From Tubiluchus corallicola (Eukaryota; Animalia; Priapulida): DNA of 64,000 nucleotides. A program made the position numbers and the translations under genes. Positions 11,701 to 23,700 of the stretch are shown here, piece by piece. The stretch covers positions 372,001 to 436,000 of the forward strand of contig JAQGDQ010000106.1 of NCBI GenBank assembly GCA_030141605.1, read 5' to 3'. Position 1 is the stretch's first letter. Each line of letters begins with the position of its first letter. The notes below the pieces were generated by a model. The model worked only from the letters and a program-made list of their open reading frames with translations. It was not told the DNA's origin and ran no database searches.

Positions 11701-14700
11701 CAGACTTAGCAATTCTTCCTTTGCTGCTTCAACAACCTTCAGTTCTTCTCTGAGAGTTGACATTACTTGTTCTAGGTTCGCAAAGCGCAAAGTTCTCTGT
11801 TCATTTTGTTCTTTTTCATGGTTTAATTCTTCACGGACGGAAGTTAAATCTTTTTCCAAGTTTTCTTCTACTAACATTTCTGCATCCACCTGCTTCTGCA
11901 ATAAACACTTTTCTTCTCGCAGCTTTGCCATTGCTGTTTCTTGTAACTCCACAACTTTGTAAGTATTATCACGAGACTCCTTCAATGCCGTTATCTCAGC
12001 TTCTAGCCGAGTGCGAGCGTCACACATTTCTTCCATGTCAGTTTCAAACTGATTACGTTGTGCCACATTAGCATCTTTTAATTCTTTTTCTGCATTCTCC
12101 AGTGTTGCAATTCGCTCCTTAAGTCCCGTCTGTACTGCACTTTTATTAGTTACAGCAGCTTCATATTCAAGCTCAAGACTTTTCAACTTCTCCTGCTGGT
12201 TATCCACTTCAGCTAATCGATCGTCATATCTTATTTGCAGTTCAGAAAGCTGCGCTTCAAATTCTTTGCACTTATCTACAGCTTCTTGTAGCTGTTTCTC
12301 AGTAATTTGCAGCTGAGATACATGTGCTGTGCAGCTTTCTTCCATTGACTGAAACTTCATCTCAAGAGCTTCCTTGGACATTTTCAGTTCACTTACATCG
12401 GCCAGTTCAACTTCAAATTGATACTGCAGTGTCGCATACTCTGCTTCAGCTTTTCTTCTGCGATCATATTCAGACTGCAGTTGTGCATCAAGTTCTCCAA
12501 CTTTCCTCCTTAAATCATCAACAACAATGGCAGTATCTTTGTTATCATGCCATGCAACGGTTTTATCTAGTTTTGATGATAGTGCACCTTCGGCATTTAA
12601 GTTTTTACATCCTTCTTGAACACTTTCTACATCAGTACCATCCAACTGACTTCGCAGTGAGCTTATGTCATGGTCTAGACTAAGTACACAACTGGCGGCA
12701 TCACGCAGCTTCTCATTCTGTTCTATCAACGCATTATTCTGCTCTGTAAGTGTATCTACATCACTTCTTAGTAGTTCAGTTTGATCAGCCAAATCTTCAC
12801 TTAACTTCTTCAGCTTTTCATTTTCTTTCATAAGATTTGCACAGTCAGTAACTACTTCTTTGTTTTTAACCACAAACATTGTGTGATCATCAGCCTCAAA
12901 AACACATTTGTTGGCAGCATATTCAGTGTCCACATCAACTGTTTCATCTTGAGAAACAGTTAATCTTTTACCTTGATGAAGATCTTGCTTGCTGAGAAAT
13001 TTATTGGTTTCTATGTCCAATGCATTTGTCATGATGGACGTATCTGGATCAGGAACCAAATCCATTTCACTAAAAAGACCTTCTGATAAAAACTTATTTC
13101 CTTGGTCAAACCCTTGTAACTGCAATGCTAATTCATCATTCCTCTTCTTTAGTTGTACTACCTGTTCGGCTAACTCTTCATTTTGGCAAGACATTTTTTC
13201 CAAGCGTGCAGAAATAACTGGGTTTTCTAAAGCCTCCTTAAACAATTTCTCATTCTTGGCAACCAGCACCTCCATACGTGCAGTTAAATCTGCATTTTTA
13301 TCGGAGACTTGACGACATTCCTCTAACAATTCTTGATTTCGAACTGTTGCCTCAGTGCACCTTGTGAACAGCATTTCGTTTTCATCTTTTATTGATGCAA
13401 TCTGACTGACAAGTTCTTCCTTACCGAGCACTAACACTTCCTTTTCCGACAGCAGCTGCTCATTCTTCTCAGTCAGCTCCTTGACAATTAGTGAGGCTTC
13501 CTCATTAATAGAGGTTAGTTCCGCAATTTGCAATGATAATCTTTCGTACTCCTCTTGATCACGGAAAGATTGTGCATGTTCATTGCATTGCTTCAACAAG
13601 GCAGTTAAATAGTGTGCAACCTGACCTCTTTGTCGTGGTAAATCCAGTGACGCTACATATTCACTCACTCTTTGAACAAAATTATTAACCTCACGAGCCT
13701 CAGTCAGCATGTCATCAATTTGCTTATCTTGCATGTTTAGCCTTTCACGCAGTTCCTCATTAATGTCAACATCTTCAAACTGTTCATCATCTTCTAGCTG
13801 TTCGTCAATGTTAACTTCCTCCACATCTTCCTCATTTCTGGCTCTTTCCTCGATTCTCCTGTTCAACTCTTGAATCTCATTTGACAATTCTTGGTTTACG
13901 TTTTTAAGCCTTTCTACCTCTGCAACCAGGTGTGCACATTGCTCAGGCGGATGCGCCATAACACTTGCTTTCTCGACCAATGCAGATAAAACTTCACATA
14001 TAATAACTTTATCATCGCTTTTCTTAACTAAGTCTGTCAATTCAACTGCCATTGTTTCACCAACCACAATTTCATTATTTTGAACAGTCATTTCGCTGGG
14101 CATTTCTTCACAAGCTAATTCTTGTGCATCATGAAATTCGTCACAACAGTTCAACTTGCTTTTGTCTGTATTCTCAGCATTATTGATATTACCTAATGTC
14201 CACAATGATAAATTCCTTTGCTCATTGGTATTAGCAGCATTATCACTATACGTCCTCTTTTGTTCAAATGGCACGTTCCTGTTATCATTCTCTATCTGAC
14301 ACAAAAGCTCTAAATTTTTAGTTTGCAGATCTTCCAACTGCAATGCCAAAGTTTCATTCAACTGTGTTTTTTCCTTGATAAATGTAGACAATTCTTCTGT
14401 TTTGCAAACCAATGCTTCTTTTTTTGTAATCAAAATGTAGTTATTTCGTGCAATATCTTCAATCTGTTTTGTATATTCCTCCTTAGCCTTTTTTCCATCC
14501 TGTTCCTGTATAGAAAGCAAGCCATTTTTGTTTACCAGTTCCTCAATCTGATTTGACAGCTCATTGTTACAATCAGCCATCCGCTGCACCTGATAGTCAA
14601 GTGCACTTTTTTTAATGTTCAAGTCATCAAGCTGGTTAGATAATGATTTACAGGTACTAGTCACGTGTTCTATCTGTTCAAAAAGCAATTTGTTTTCTTT

Positions 14701-17700
14701 GGTAAGATCAGTAATCTGTTTTGAGAGTTGATCATTTTCTGTTAGCAAATCTATCACGTGTTCAGAATTCTCTGCACATTTCTTTTTTTGCTCTTCTGAA
14801 CCATGAGCCGTATCTACCACTACCAAATCCATTGACACCGGCTGATCTTCCTCGGCCACGTGATTAATTAAGGATCGACAAACAGCCAGAATGTCGCCCG
14901 CATCTTCTTCATCACATATACATGTCTCGTATTCTGACAATACAAGGCTTTCCCGTCTTGCTTTGAAATCGGACAGCTGCTTAACGATATCATCATACAT
15001 GCCTGATATGGTCTTTACCTCGAAGCACAATTCTTCATTCCTACAACATAATTTGGCATACTCGTGTGAGATTTCATTAATTTCGATAGAGAGCTGTTCG
15101 TTTTTCATAACCACGTTGTCATACTTGTTTGTGATTTCACTTATTTTTGCGCCCAGTCGCTCGTTGCTTTCACCTGCTTCTGCAGTTTGTGTGAGCAAAT
15201 CTTCATTTTTCTCCATCAGTTCATTCACTTGGCAAGTTAACTCAGTAATCTTCATGTTTGCATCTGTCAATTGTTCAACCAGGACATTATCAGATTCTGC
15301 TGCTTTCTGCTCATCGATAGCAATGCCCACATCTAACATCCCATCCTGCTGAACAAATTCATGCATTTGTGTGCCAACATCGGTTTTTGATGGCACAAAA
15401 GAGATGGTCGGCTGCTCATCTGTAATAGCTTTCAATTTGGTTTTTAACTGCTCATTCTCATCTTTAATGGTCTTCAGGTGACTTTTAATGGTTTCTAATG
15501 AAGGCAATTGTTCTGCTGAGGATGAAACATTCCAATTAAATAATGACATCAAATCCAATAAAACTTCACTGCTATCTGTTAATGTCTTTTTCTCGGGATA
15601 TTCTGTAGTAGAGTGTGCTTCTGCATTCATTTGAAATAATTCCTGCAAAATAATAAGAAAATGCTGAAAGTGTCTTCTAAAGTTAAACAGGCTTATCGAA
15701 ATGCATATAACTACTTAAATGCTACAATAATCTAGTAAAGATCACACAATCAAACCAAATTTTTAGCACTTTTTACTAAAAAAATAATGCTTGTACTGCA
15801 TAATAAAAAATGATCAAAAAATTCTTGGTTATTGCAGAAAATTTATTACCCTGATGACATTTTTGCTATAATAAGAATTTGAGAGCTCTACAACATTCAA
15901 CGATATAAGGTTATCATAAATTAAAAACCGTGACTAATTAAGAGCAGTATGATACTTAGCAAAAACTAAATCTTTGCAGATTCTTTTCAAAATATTAACA
16001 AGATATGTAACGATCAGATTCTCAATACCTGTCTTTTTAAATATTCAGGTAAACTGTAAAAAACTTCCCACTTCCTGACATTTTCTAACATAGCTTTTAG
16101 TGCCCTTTCAAAATTTTCTTTCTTATTGTCCTTGAAGATCTAATCACTGAATCACTAGATAACTATGACGATCTTATGTCTGAACTACGCATACGTATAA
16201 TGTGGAATATACCTTGCGTAATCTGCTTTATTAAACATTGTATAAATTTGTTAGTCTTGTCAAAGCTACTCTATCAAAAAGCAAGGAAATGCATAACAAA
16301 TATTAAAGCCAGTGTCACATAATTGCACTTTCCAACAAAGGGGGGAACACCAAAAACTCTCCAAAATCTTTATGAGTCACTGAGTCTGGGCGTTGTTTTG
16401 GAGAGTTTTTGGTTTCTCACATTGTGTTCCTCTTGGTTGGAAAATGCAATTATGTAAAAATTGTGTATTATTCTTCTGATGCTTACTGTAATTATTTCTA
16501 CTCCCATTATGTAGACTTTGCTTTTTGCTAACTATTTGTTTGCAGGTTGTTGTGATATTTGTCGAATCTGATATATTAGCTACTGTTTTTACATTTTCTT
16601 TATGTGAGAATCTTTGATATTCTGGCAATTTAAATTCACTTTTGTGTAAATGTGTAATGATATCATATGTCTTGGTAAGTAGTGTCGTAAATTGTACTGA
16701 ATGTATCCTTTGTCTTGATTCCAGCATTGAAAATAACACATGCTGTCGCAATGATCGTTTGCGCTAATAAACACTATGTAGAGCTGAATTATTCAAGTTT
16801 GGCAGATAGCATTTGGATTTTAAATAATTAAAAGCAGGTCAATTTGGAAGATATTCCTCATTTTCAGCATTTTAAAATGGCAAAAACTGCCAAGCATTAA
16901 AACAACTTAAATATAAATATATTAGACGCTAGCCAAAAATTAATAATAAGTAGCTTCACTAGGTTAAGCTGAATAATAGCAGAGCAGTTACACATTTATC
17001 AGATATTATCATAAAAGCAGTTGAAACTAGTTTCATACCTTCTCTTTTTGTAACTGTTTAACTTTAGCTTGAAGTTTCTCATTTTGCAAAGAAAGCAGTT
17101 CCTCTTCTGCTGCACGTGTGGCATTTACATTTTTAATCTCTTGTTGAAAGCTAGACAATTTATCTCTCAAACTACCAACTTCTTTTATCTGCTCACGTGC
17201 AAGATCCAACTCCTTTTGCAAGTTTGCTACCTAAAAAAATGTACGCTGTTCTGTAAATAGCACTGTAAATAACAGTTTAACCATACGCAAACTGCATTTG
17301 GCAGCTTTTCTTTACAAGGCCAGCTGCCACTAAGTGACGCTACGGTAGCACAATGAAAATACAAATACAGGTGCAGAAAAATAGAATTCTTATAAAAATT
17401 TACTAATGATAGGAGTTATCTGTTGATCATTCCAAAACAATAGGGTATTTACAAAAGCAGCAATGTTATTAGCAGCTGCTATACCATCTCATATATATCA
17501 AGCAATTCAAACATTTGTCAATTCTTCACAATGATTACAGACAAGTAAAATATTAGAAAGCATATCTTGATGAATAACAAAGAAATTAGTTCCTAGCTCT
17601 ATACATGTCTAGAGAATATAAAGAAATTAAGAAAAATAACAAGTAAACTTGAAAGGGAGTGTAAGAAAAATAATTAGTAAATTTCAAAGGGAATGTAATA

Positions 17701-20700
17701 ATACCTTCATCTTTGTACAATAAGTTTTCTAGGACCAAAACAAATCAACCTGTCAATGTAAAAACTTCTGCCACTATCTACTACAGTGTCCTACACATTT
17801 TGCTACAAATGCAACTTCAAATAAAGCAATGAAATTTTGTCTACAACATACCTGTTCATCTACTTCACATTCTTGTTCTAACCTCGTGAATTCACGCAGT
17901 TCCTCATATGACAGTTCCAACTGTAGCTTTTTGTTTTCAAGAAAGTCTTTCTCCTTCTCTCTAAATTAGCAAACAACAAAATAATGACGTGACTTACAAG
18001 CAGTAGGGAGCATGAATGTTGCACACTACACTAACTAATTAGGTTGTCTAGTACATTGATCATAAGAAAAAAAACATTCAAATTAAACTGGGTGCAGAAT
18101 TTTGAAACCTAGCTTGCTCAAAAAATAAGGAAATGTGGAAAAGTAGGGACACAGTATGGATTTGAAACTGGGACTTCCTGCTTAAAAAACAAATGACATG
18201 ACTGCTAAACTACCATGTCCTAGTGATTATGACAGGTCCTAATTCAGACATTACAGCTGGCCAGCCAATTGAGCTTTTTCAAGGTTTGTTGATCTGTCCA
18301 AATGGCTTTAATGGCTCTACGTTAAAAGAAAACATTGTTAATTCATTCAGAACTGAGGCAGCCACATTGTTACAGCGCTAGTCACCCAACTGTTATGATA
18401 TCATCTCTTTAATGGTGCGCAGTGTCATGTACCCTTACTGTTGCAGTTTCTGCACTGTGATGTCACAGAATTTTCCCATACAAAAATATAGTTACTCTAG
18501 TCAAACAATAAAAACCAAAACATGTTACATGAACGAAGACAGCATTGAAGCAAAACAAGTCTCTTTATAGATTACTTTGCAAGCAAGTAACTAAAAAATG
18601 CAATTTATTTCAATGCAATGAAATAAATAGTATCCTAATGCTTCTACTCAGATGGGATCAGTAAACTTGCAAGTGTTTTCGTGAAACCCAACATTTACTT
18701 TAGAGAAAGTGCTTTTAAAAACAACCTGCATCAGCTTGTAGACCATTTCCTTCACGAAGCACGAAGTGCACATGTATATGGCTCAAAATTTCACATGAAC
18801 ACACGCCTGGGTTCCGTAATTTTTTACTCACGTGAAACCTATCATTAGTAACTATGTTGTATTACTGTCAAGTTCACTTTTATTCATCAAGTCACACCTA
18901 CTGCTATAATAAGTTGTCATTGTTAAAACTGTTTGCTTCACTATTGTAACAAATATTGAAGAATAAAATTTTTTGCCCTAATAGGCGTATGGTAGTCGCC
19001 ACAGTCACACAACATTTTTCAGGGTTGCCAGAAGAACGAGTCATTCGTAAGACAAAAGTAAGTCAAACACAATAAAGTTTAGCCAAATCCCTTAATCTGA
19101 ATTAAATTTTGTAATGAGTCAATGACCAATAAGTGACAATTATAATTATCAATGAGAGGTAGCCATGTTGTCAATGATTGTAATTTTTGGTAATAGATCA
19201 TTTAGGAAGCATCCTTCAGCTAAGCCAAATGGCAAGTCCATTGCTATGCAGAGCAATTTATTTTTGTAAAGGTAAAAACAAATTGAATAATTATAATTTT
19301 TTACACAAAGTATTATATTTATATTATTGGATCTCTTTAACTGATTCTGCCAAAAATTCTGGGTAACGATGCGTTTCACAAACCAAATTCAACAAGAATG
19401 AGTTTTGGGTTATGTATATTGTTGAAATTTGGAGGTTTGTGTGTGCATTTTTGCGTATAACATTCAATTAAATCGTGAAGGACAGAGTTGGGAAAATGCC
19501 AGGCGTGGGAAGTTTTAAGCCTTCCATAAAATGTTATTTTATTTAAATAATGTAAAATAAAAGTCTGGCAGTGTAACGCACATAGAATCTATGTATTTTG
19601 CCTGCTCCTCAAGCTGTTTTCTCAGCTTCTCGCAGTCGTCTGCCTGTTGTCCAACATTCTGCTCGAGAACAATTTCTGCCTCCTTGAGACGTCTCTCAAG
19701 ATCCTCTTTTTGATCTGCCAGCTCTTTATTCTCAGTGATCTGTATAACAATCAGTACGATCGACAAATAAGAACTCTAATCTTTTTAGAATGCAAAGAGT
19801 TGGGAGCTTTTTCACTGAATTTTAATACCACAGGATATAGCAGAAAGCAGAATTTAGTGGATAATAAACTATTTTATTATTATCAGTCTTTAGGCTATAT
19901 TTGACTATGTAGTAGCAATATTTTACCAGTTCTCCTGGCAAATGTTTTGTCGTAAATGACAAAAAGAGACAATCTATTTAAATAAACAAGATCTCTTTCT
20001 CAATAAAGACATCAACCAAGTCCCACCACAATGATCTATGTTAAGTATACAATGCTAGATTTTGGTTTACAGTACAAAACTATAAAAAAAACTGCATTGG
20101 GAGTAATCTTGAAAAAAATGTTTGTCTATTAACATCAGCTATATTAAGGGATTTTATACTATGAAAAATTCCTCTGTTGTACATCACACTGATGGGTACT
20201 GCTTTTGGACTTATGGATAAGATGCGGCCACATTTATCCAAGTCAAATCAGTAGTTTCCAAGAATTTAACAAAAATATTAAATGAAACTAAAACTGCGAC
20301 TACCTATTATAAAACCAGATATCACCAGTTCCAGCTAAATTGCAGAATATACCAGAACAGGCAACATACCTTTTCGTAAAGTTGCATGCGCAGTTTTTCT
20401 GCAGTTTCCTCTTTCTTTGCTAACTCTATCCTAGCATTAAGTTGATCAGATGGCATTGACCTTCTATTGACTATAAAAGATCGCCTAGCCTGAAGATCAA
20501 CACGTCCTGAACTTGTTGTTGGTACAGAGTCAGGCTGGTTGCTAACAGCAACAGTTTGGGTTCCTGCATTGGTACCGCCAAGCAATTTAGTAGTTTTATC
20601 AGCAGGAATAGCAGACTGGAAAGAACAAAAATTTGAAATATAAAAAACTTGCAAAAACAAGCAAATTGATTTAACACTATGGTAAGATCAAAGTTTTTTA

Positions 20701-23700
20701 AGTAAATAAGTTGCATGCATTTTGTTTTATTACTTTAAACACATATTAACAAATTACAGCAGCTATATAACTCTAAAATATATGATGGCTTGCCAAACAC
20801 GTCGTATTTAATGAAAAAATGTGAACCACTTGCCACCGTTTGCTGTAACTCATTGATCTTTCTATCTCTCTCTTCTATTTCGTTCTTAAATGTATCACTT
20901 TGTTGCTGTAGTTGGTTTTTATAATGATCAATCATTGCATTCTTTTCTGCTAGATCAATCTCTGCTGCCAGATTAGTTGACTGCTGATGCTGAGACTCCT
21001 GCAATAAGCTCAGTTTTCTCGCTGCCTCTGATTGTTCATCAAATCTCCGTTTCCGCTCAGTTTCCAACTGTTCCATAAGCCCATGCTTTGCAGCTTGAGC
21101 TTCTGCAAGATCTTGTTCTAACTGACTGATTCTTTGTTCTTCCAATTCATTGTGAACAATCTGTTCCAAGAAAAAACTTAATGTAAATCCCAAAATAGGC
21201 AAGAGACAGGCATGAAAGCAAATCAGAAAAACAAAGAACTTACACAAACAGCTAAGTCAGAAAGTGAGCAAGCAAGTAAACAACCAAAGAAATAAAAAAC
21301 AAACAAATAAATTTCATATTCTTATAAAAATATGCAATTCTGTGAACTGTGCTTTCTTTGCCTGTTTGAAATTACTTCGCCTACATAAAAATAAATATAT
21401 AACTGTTGTGGAACCATAGGTTACTTAGATCATAAAATACTTGGAAAAAAAACAAAACTTTTTTTTATAAACAAATTAGCCACAAACAGGGAAAGTAAGC
21501 ACAGTTCACAGTACAATATTTGAATGCAAATTCAGGCAAAACATGATTCAATTAACTAACATGCCAATTAATGATTGTCAAACAGTTAGTCAGTCAGAAA
21601 GTTTGCAAGCCAGCATCGAGATCAGTCAGCTAATCAATGTGTCTGTCGTCTATCGCACATTAAACAATCATAACAATAAATTAATTAGATAATTCTCAAA
21701 TTAATTCTGCCTGAAACTTGATGACTTACTTGATTTTCCGGTTTAGGCACAAACACTGACACATCTTGAGCTACATCATCATCAAATGTTACTGCCCTCT
21801 TTGCTTTCTTTGGGATCCTCTGAAAAATAATTCACTGTTCAGAAAACTGATAAATAAACTATTATTTACAAAATTATTATAAATGTTACAGTTAGAAAGG
21901 AATAAAAAATATTGTCCAGCCATGGCTCATTCCAACAAGGTTTTTTAAGGAATACTCTATCCAAAATCATTCTGCTCGTGTATGCTATAAAAATGCAGGA
22001 CAGTTTGTCTTCATTTTATTCCCATTCACCGGCTTTTCTCCTTCACAGTATTACCTCTTCATCAGCATCATCTTCTGACTCTTCCTCGATGATATCATCA
22101 AAGTTACCAAACTTTTCTTTTAACAGCGGTAAACGCGGGGGTGTGTACGGCAGAACACCGGACTTTCCTACGCACCATGTTTCACGCCGGAGCTTCCGCT
22201 GAAAAAAAAAGGACTTACAAACTTAAAATGACATCGCTAACATTAGCAGTAATTCAACTTAGCAATAATAACAGGAAGAGCACTATTTATATTTAAACAC
22301 CCTTATCTTACATGCAAAGTAATGCGGTGACTTTACCTTTACACCTTTTTCTGCAACTGGCCGCGAGAGACTAGAAACGCACAACATTTTCTCCAAACGT
22401 CTGATCTTTTCTTGAGACTCGGCCAGCCACTGATCTCGCTCCTCAAGCTGCCGAAGGTGTTCAGCAGAATTCTGTTGGCTTTCTGCGAGCTTCTGCTGCA
22501 AGACAACAGCTTCACCGAAAGCTGCATCCCCTTCCTCCATCTAAACAAATCAAAAGAGTAAGTTAAAGAATACGAAGCAATATTAAATTCACTTAGTTTA
22601 ATAAATTCGGACAGAATTGTTTAATTTTAATAAAAAGAGAGACATTTATGTTCAAATTTATTAAACTAAGTGAATGCAAAAATTTGAAAAAACAAAATGC
22701 TTTTCAATTTATGAACATCAATAATGATAGTTATGGAAATCATTCTGCTTTCAAAAAACGGTTTTTTCAAATTTCCCCAAAAGCACTACAGATCACCTGT
22801 CATATACCTGAAAGGCCGATACATATGCATAATTGCAACAAATGAAAAAAGCCTGTTGTGTTTAATGCACGTTACCATAGGCATTTGCACAAAAAATGTC
22901 AAAATGTCACTTCTAACTTCACAATGATGTCAAAACATCCATTTATGATGGTCTGCATTCAAGACATTAAACTAGTACATATAGTTCACCTTTACATATC
23001 TCTTAATTGCATTTAACCCGTCCTGAAATTGTTGTTGATTGAACATGAAAAAGTGCAAAAAGTTCAACTACGGACATATTATCGAATTAACACAATACCT
23101 CAAGTTAGATTACTAATATATCTGCGCATTAAAACAGAAAAAATAATATAAAAAATACCTTTCGCATTTGGTCTCTGAGCAACTCAATTTGTTTCCTATA
23201 TCGTTTTAACATTGCTTCATCCGAAACAACTTCATTTTGAAAAGCTTTAGTTCTGATGGTTTTGGCCCGAGAAGCAAACTAAACAGTAACATAGCAGCAG
23301 ACTTTATTAGACAGTTTAGAAAAACTGAAAAAACAGTCAGGAATGATCTAACATTTTGAAAATCTCTTAAAGATGCATCTACTAAGTCAAACACAAAACA
23401 AAAATAAACTACAAGACAAGTATAACAAATAATATGCAATCTGAAAAATCTGATTCTAAAATTTTGTTTTCTAACTAGTTAGATTAATGTGAAATAATGA
23501 AGTAATGATGAATTGAACTACAAATATTGACATTTTGAAACCAAACTTGAGATTAAAAAGAAGGAAATATGAAAGAAACTGGACCCTACTGGATTTGAAC
23601 CATAAAAACCTTTTGTAATGGATCATATTTGGTTTGTGAAGGCGCAATCCAAACTTCTCTGCTTGGTTATTTTCTTTTAAAGATTAAAAATTTTAATATG

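Noticed and set aside
10391-15352. + strand Ser/Leu/Phe-rich ORFs
   Set aside because: Antisense shadows of the E/K/Q-rich CENP-E giant exon.
9928-15648. 1906-aa ORF as a stand-alone intronless gene
   Set aside because: It begins at a TTG overlapping a splice acceptor and has a phase-compatible donor at 9992. It joins the kinesin exons upstream and the CaaX tail downstream.
16377-16774. 124-aa and 61-aa minus-strand ORFs in CENP-E intron 17
   Set aside because: No recognisable domain or convincing splice sites. The flanking exons already join in phase 0.
23578-23602. tRNA-like T-arm (minus strand ggttcaaatccagtagggtcca)
   Set aside because: No D-arm, anticodon arm or acceptor-stem partner. 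At most a SINE or tRNA fragment.
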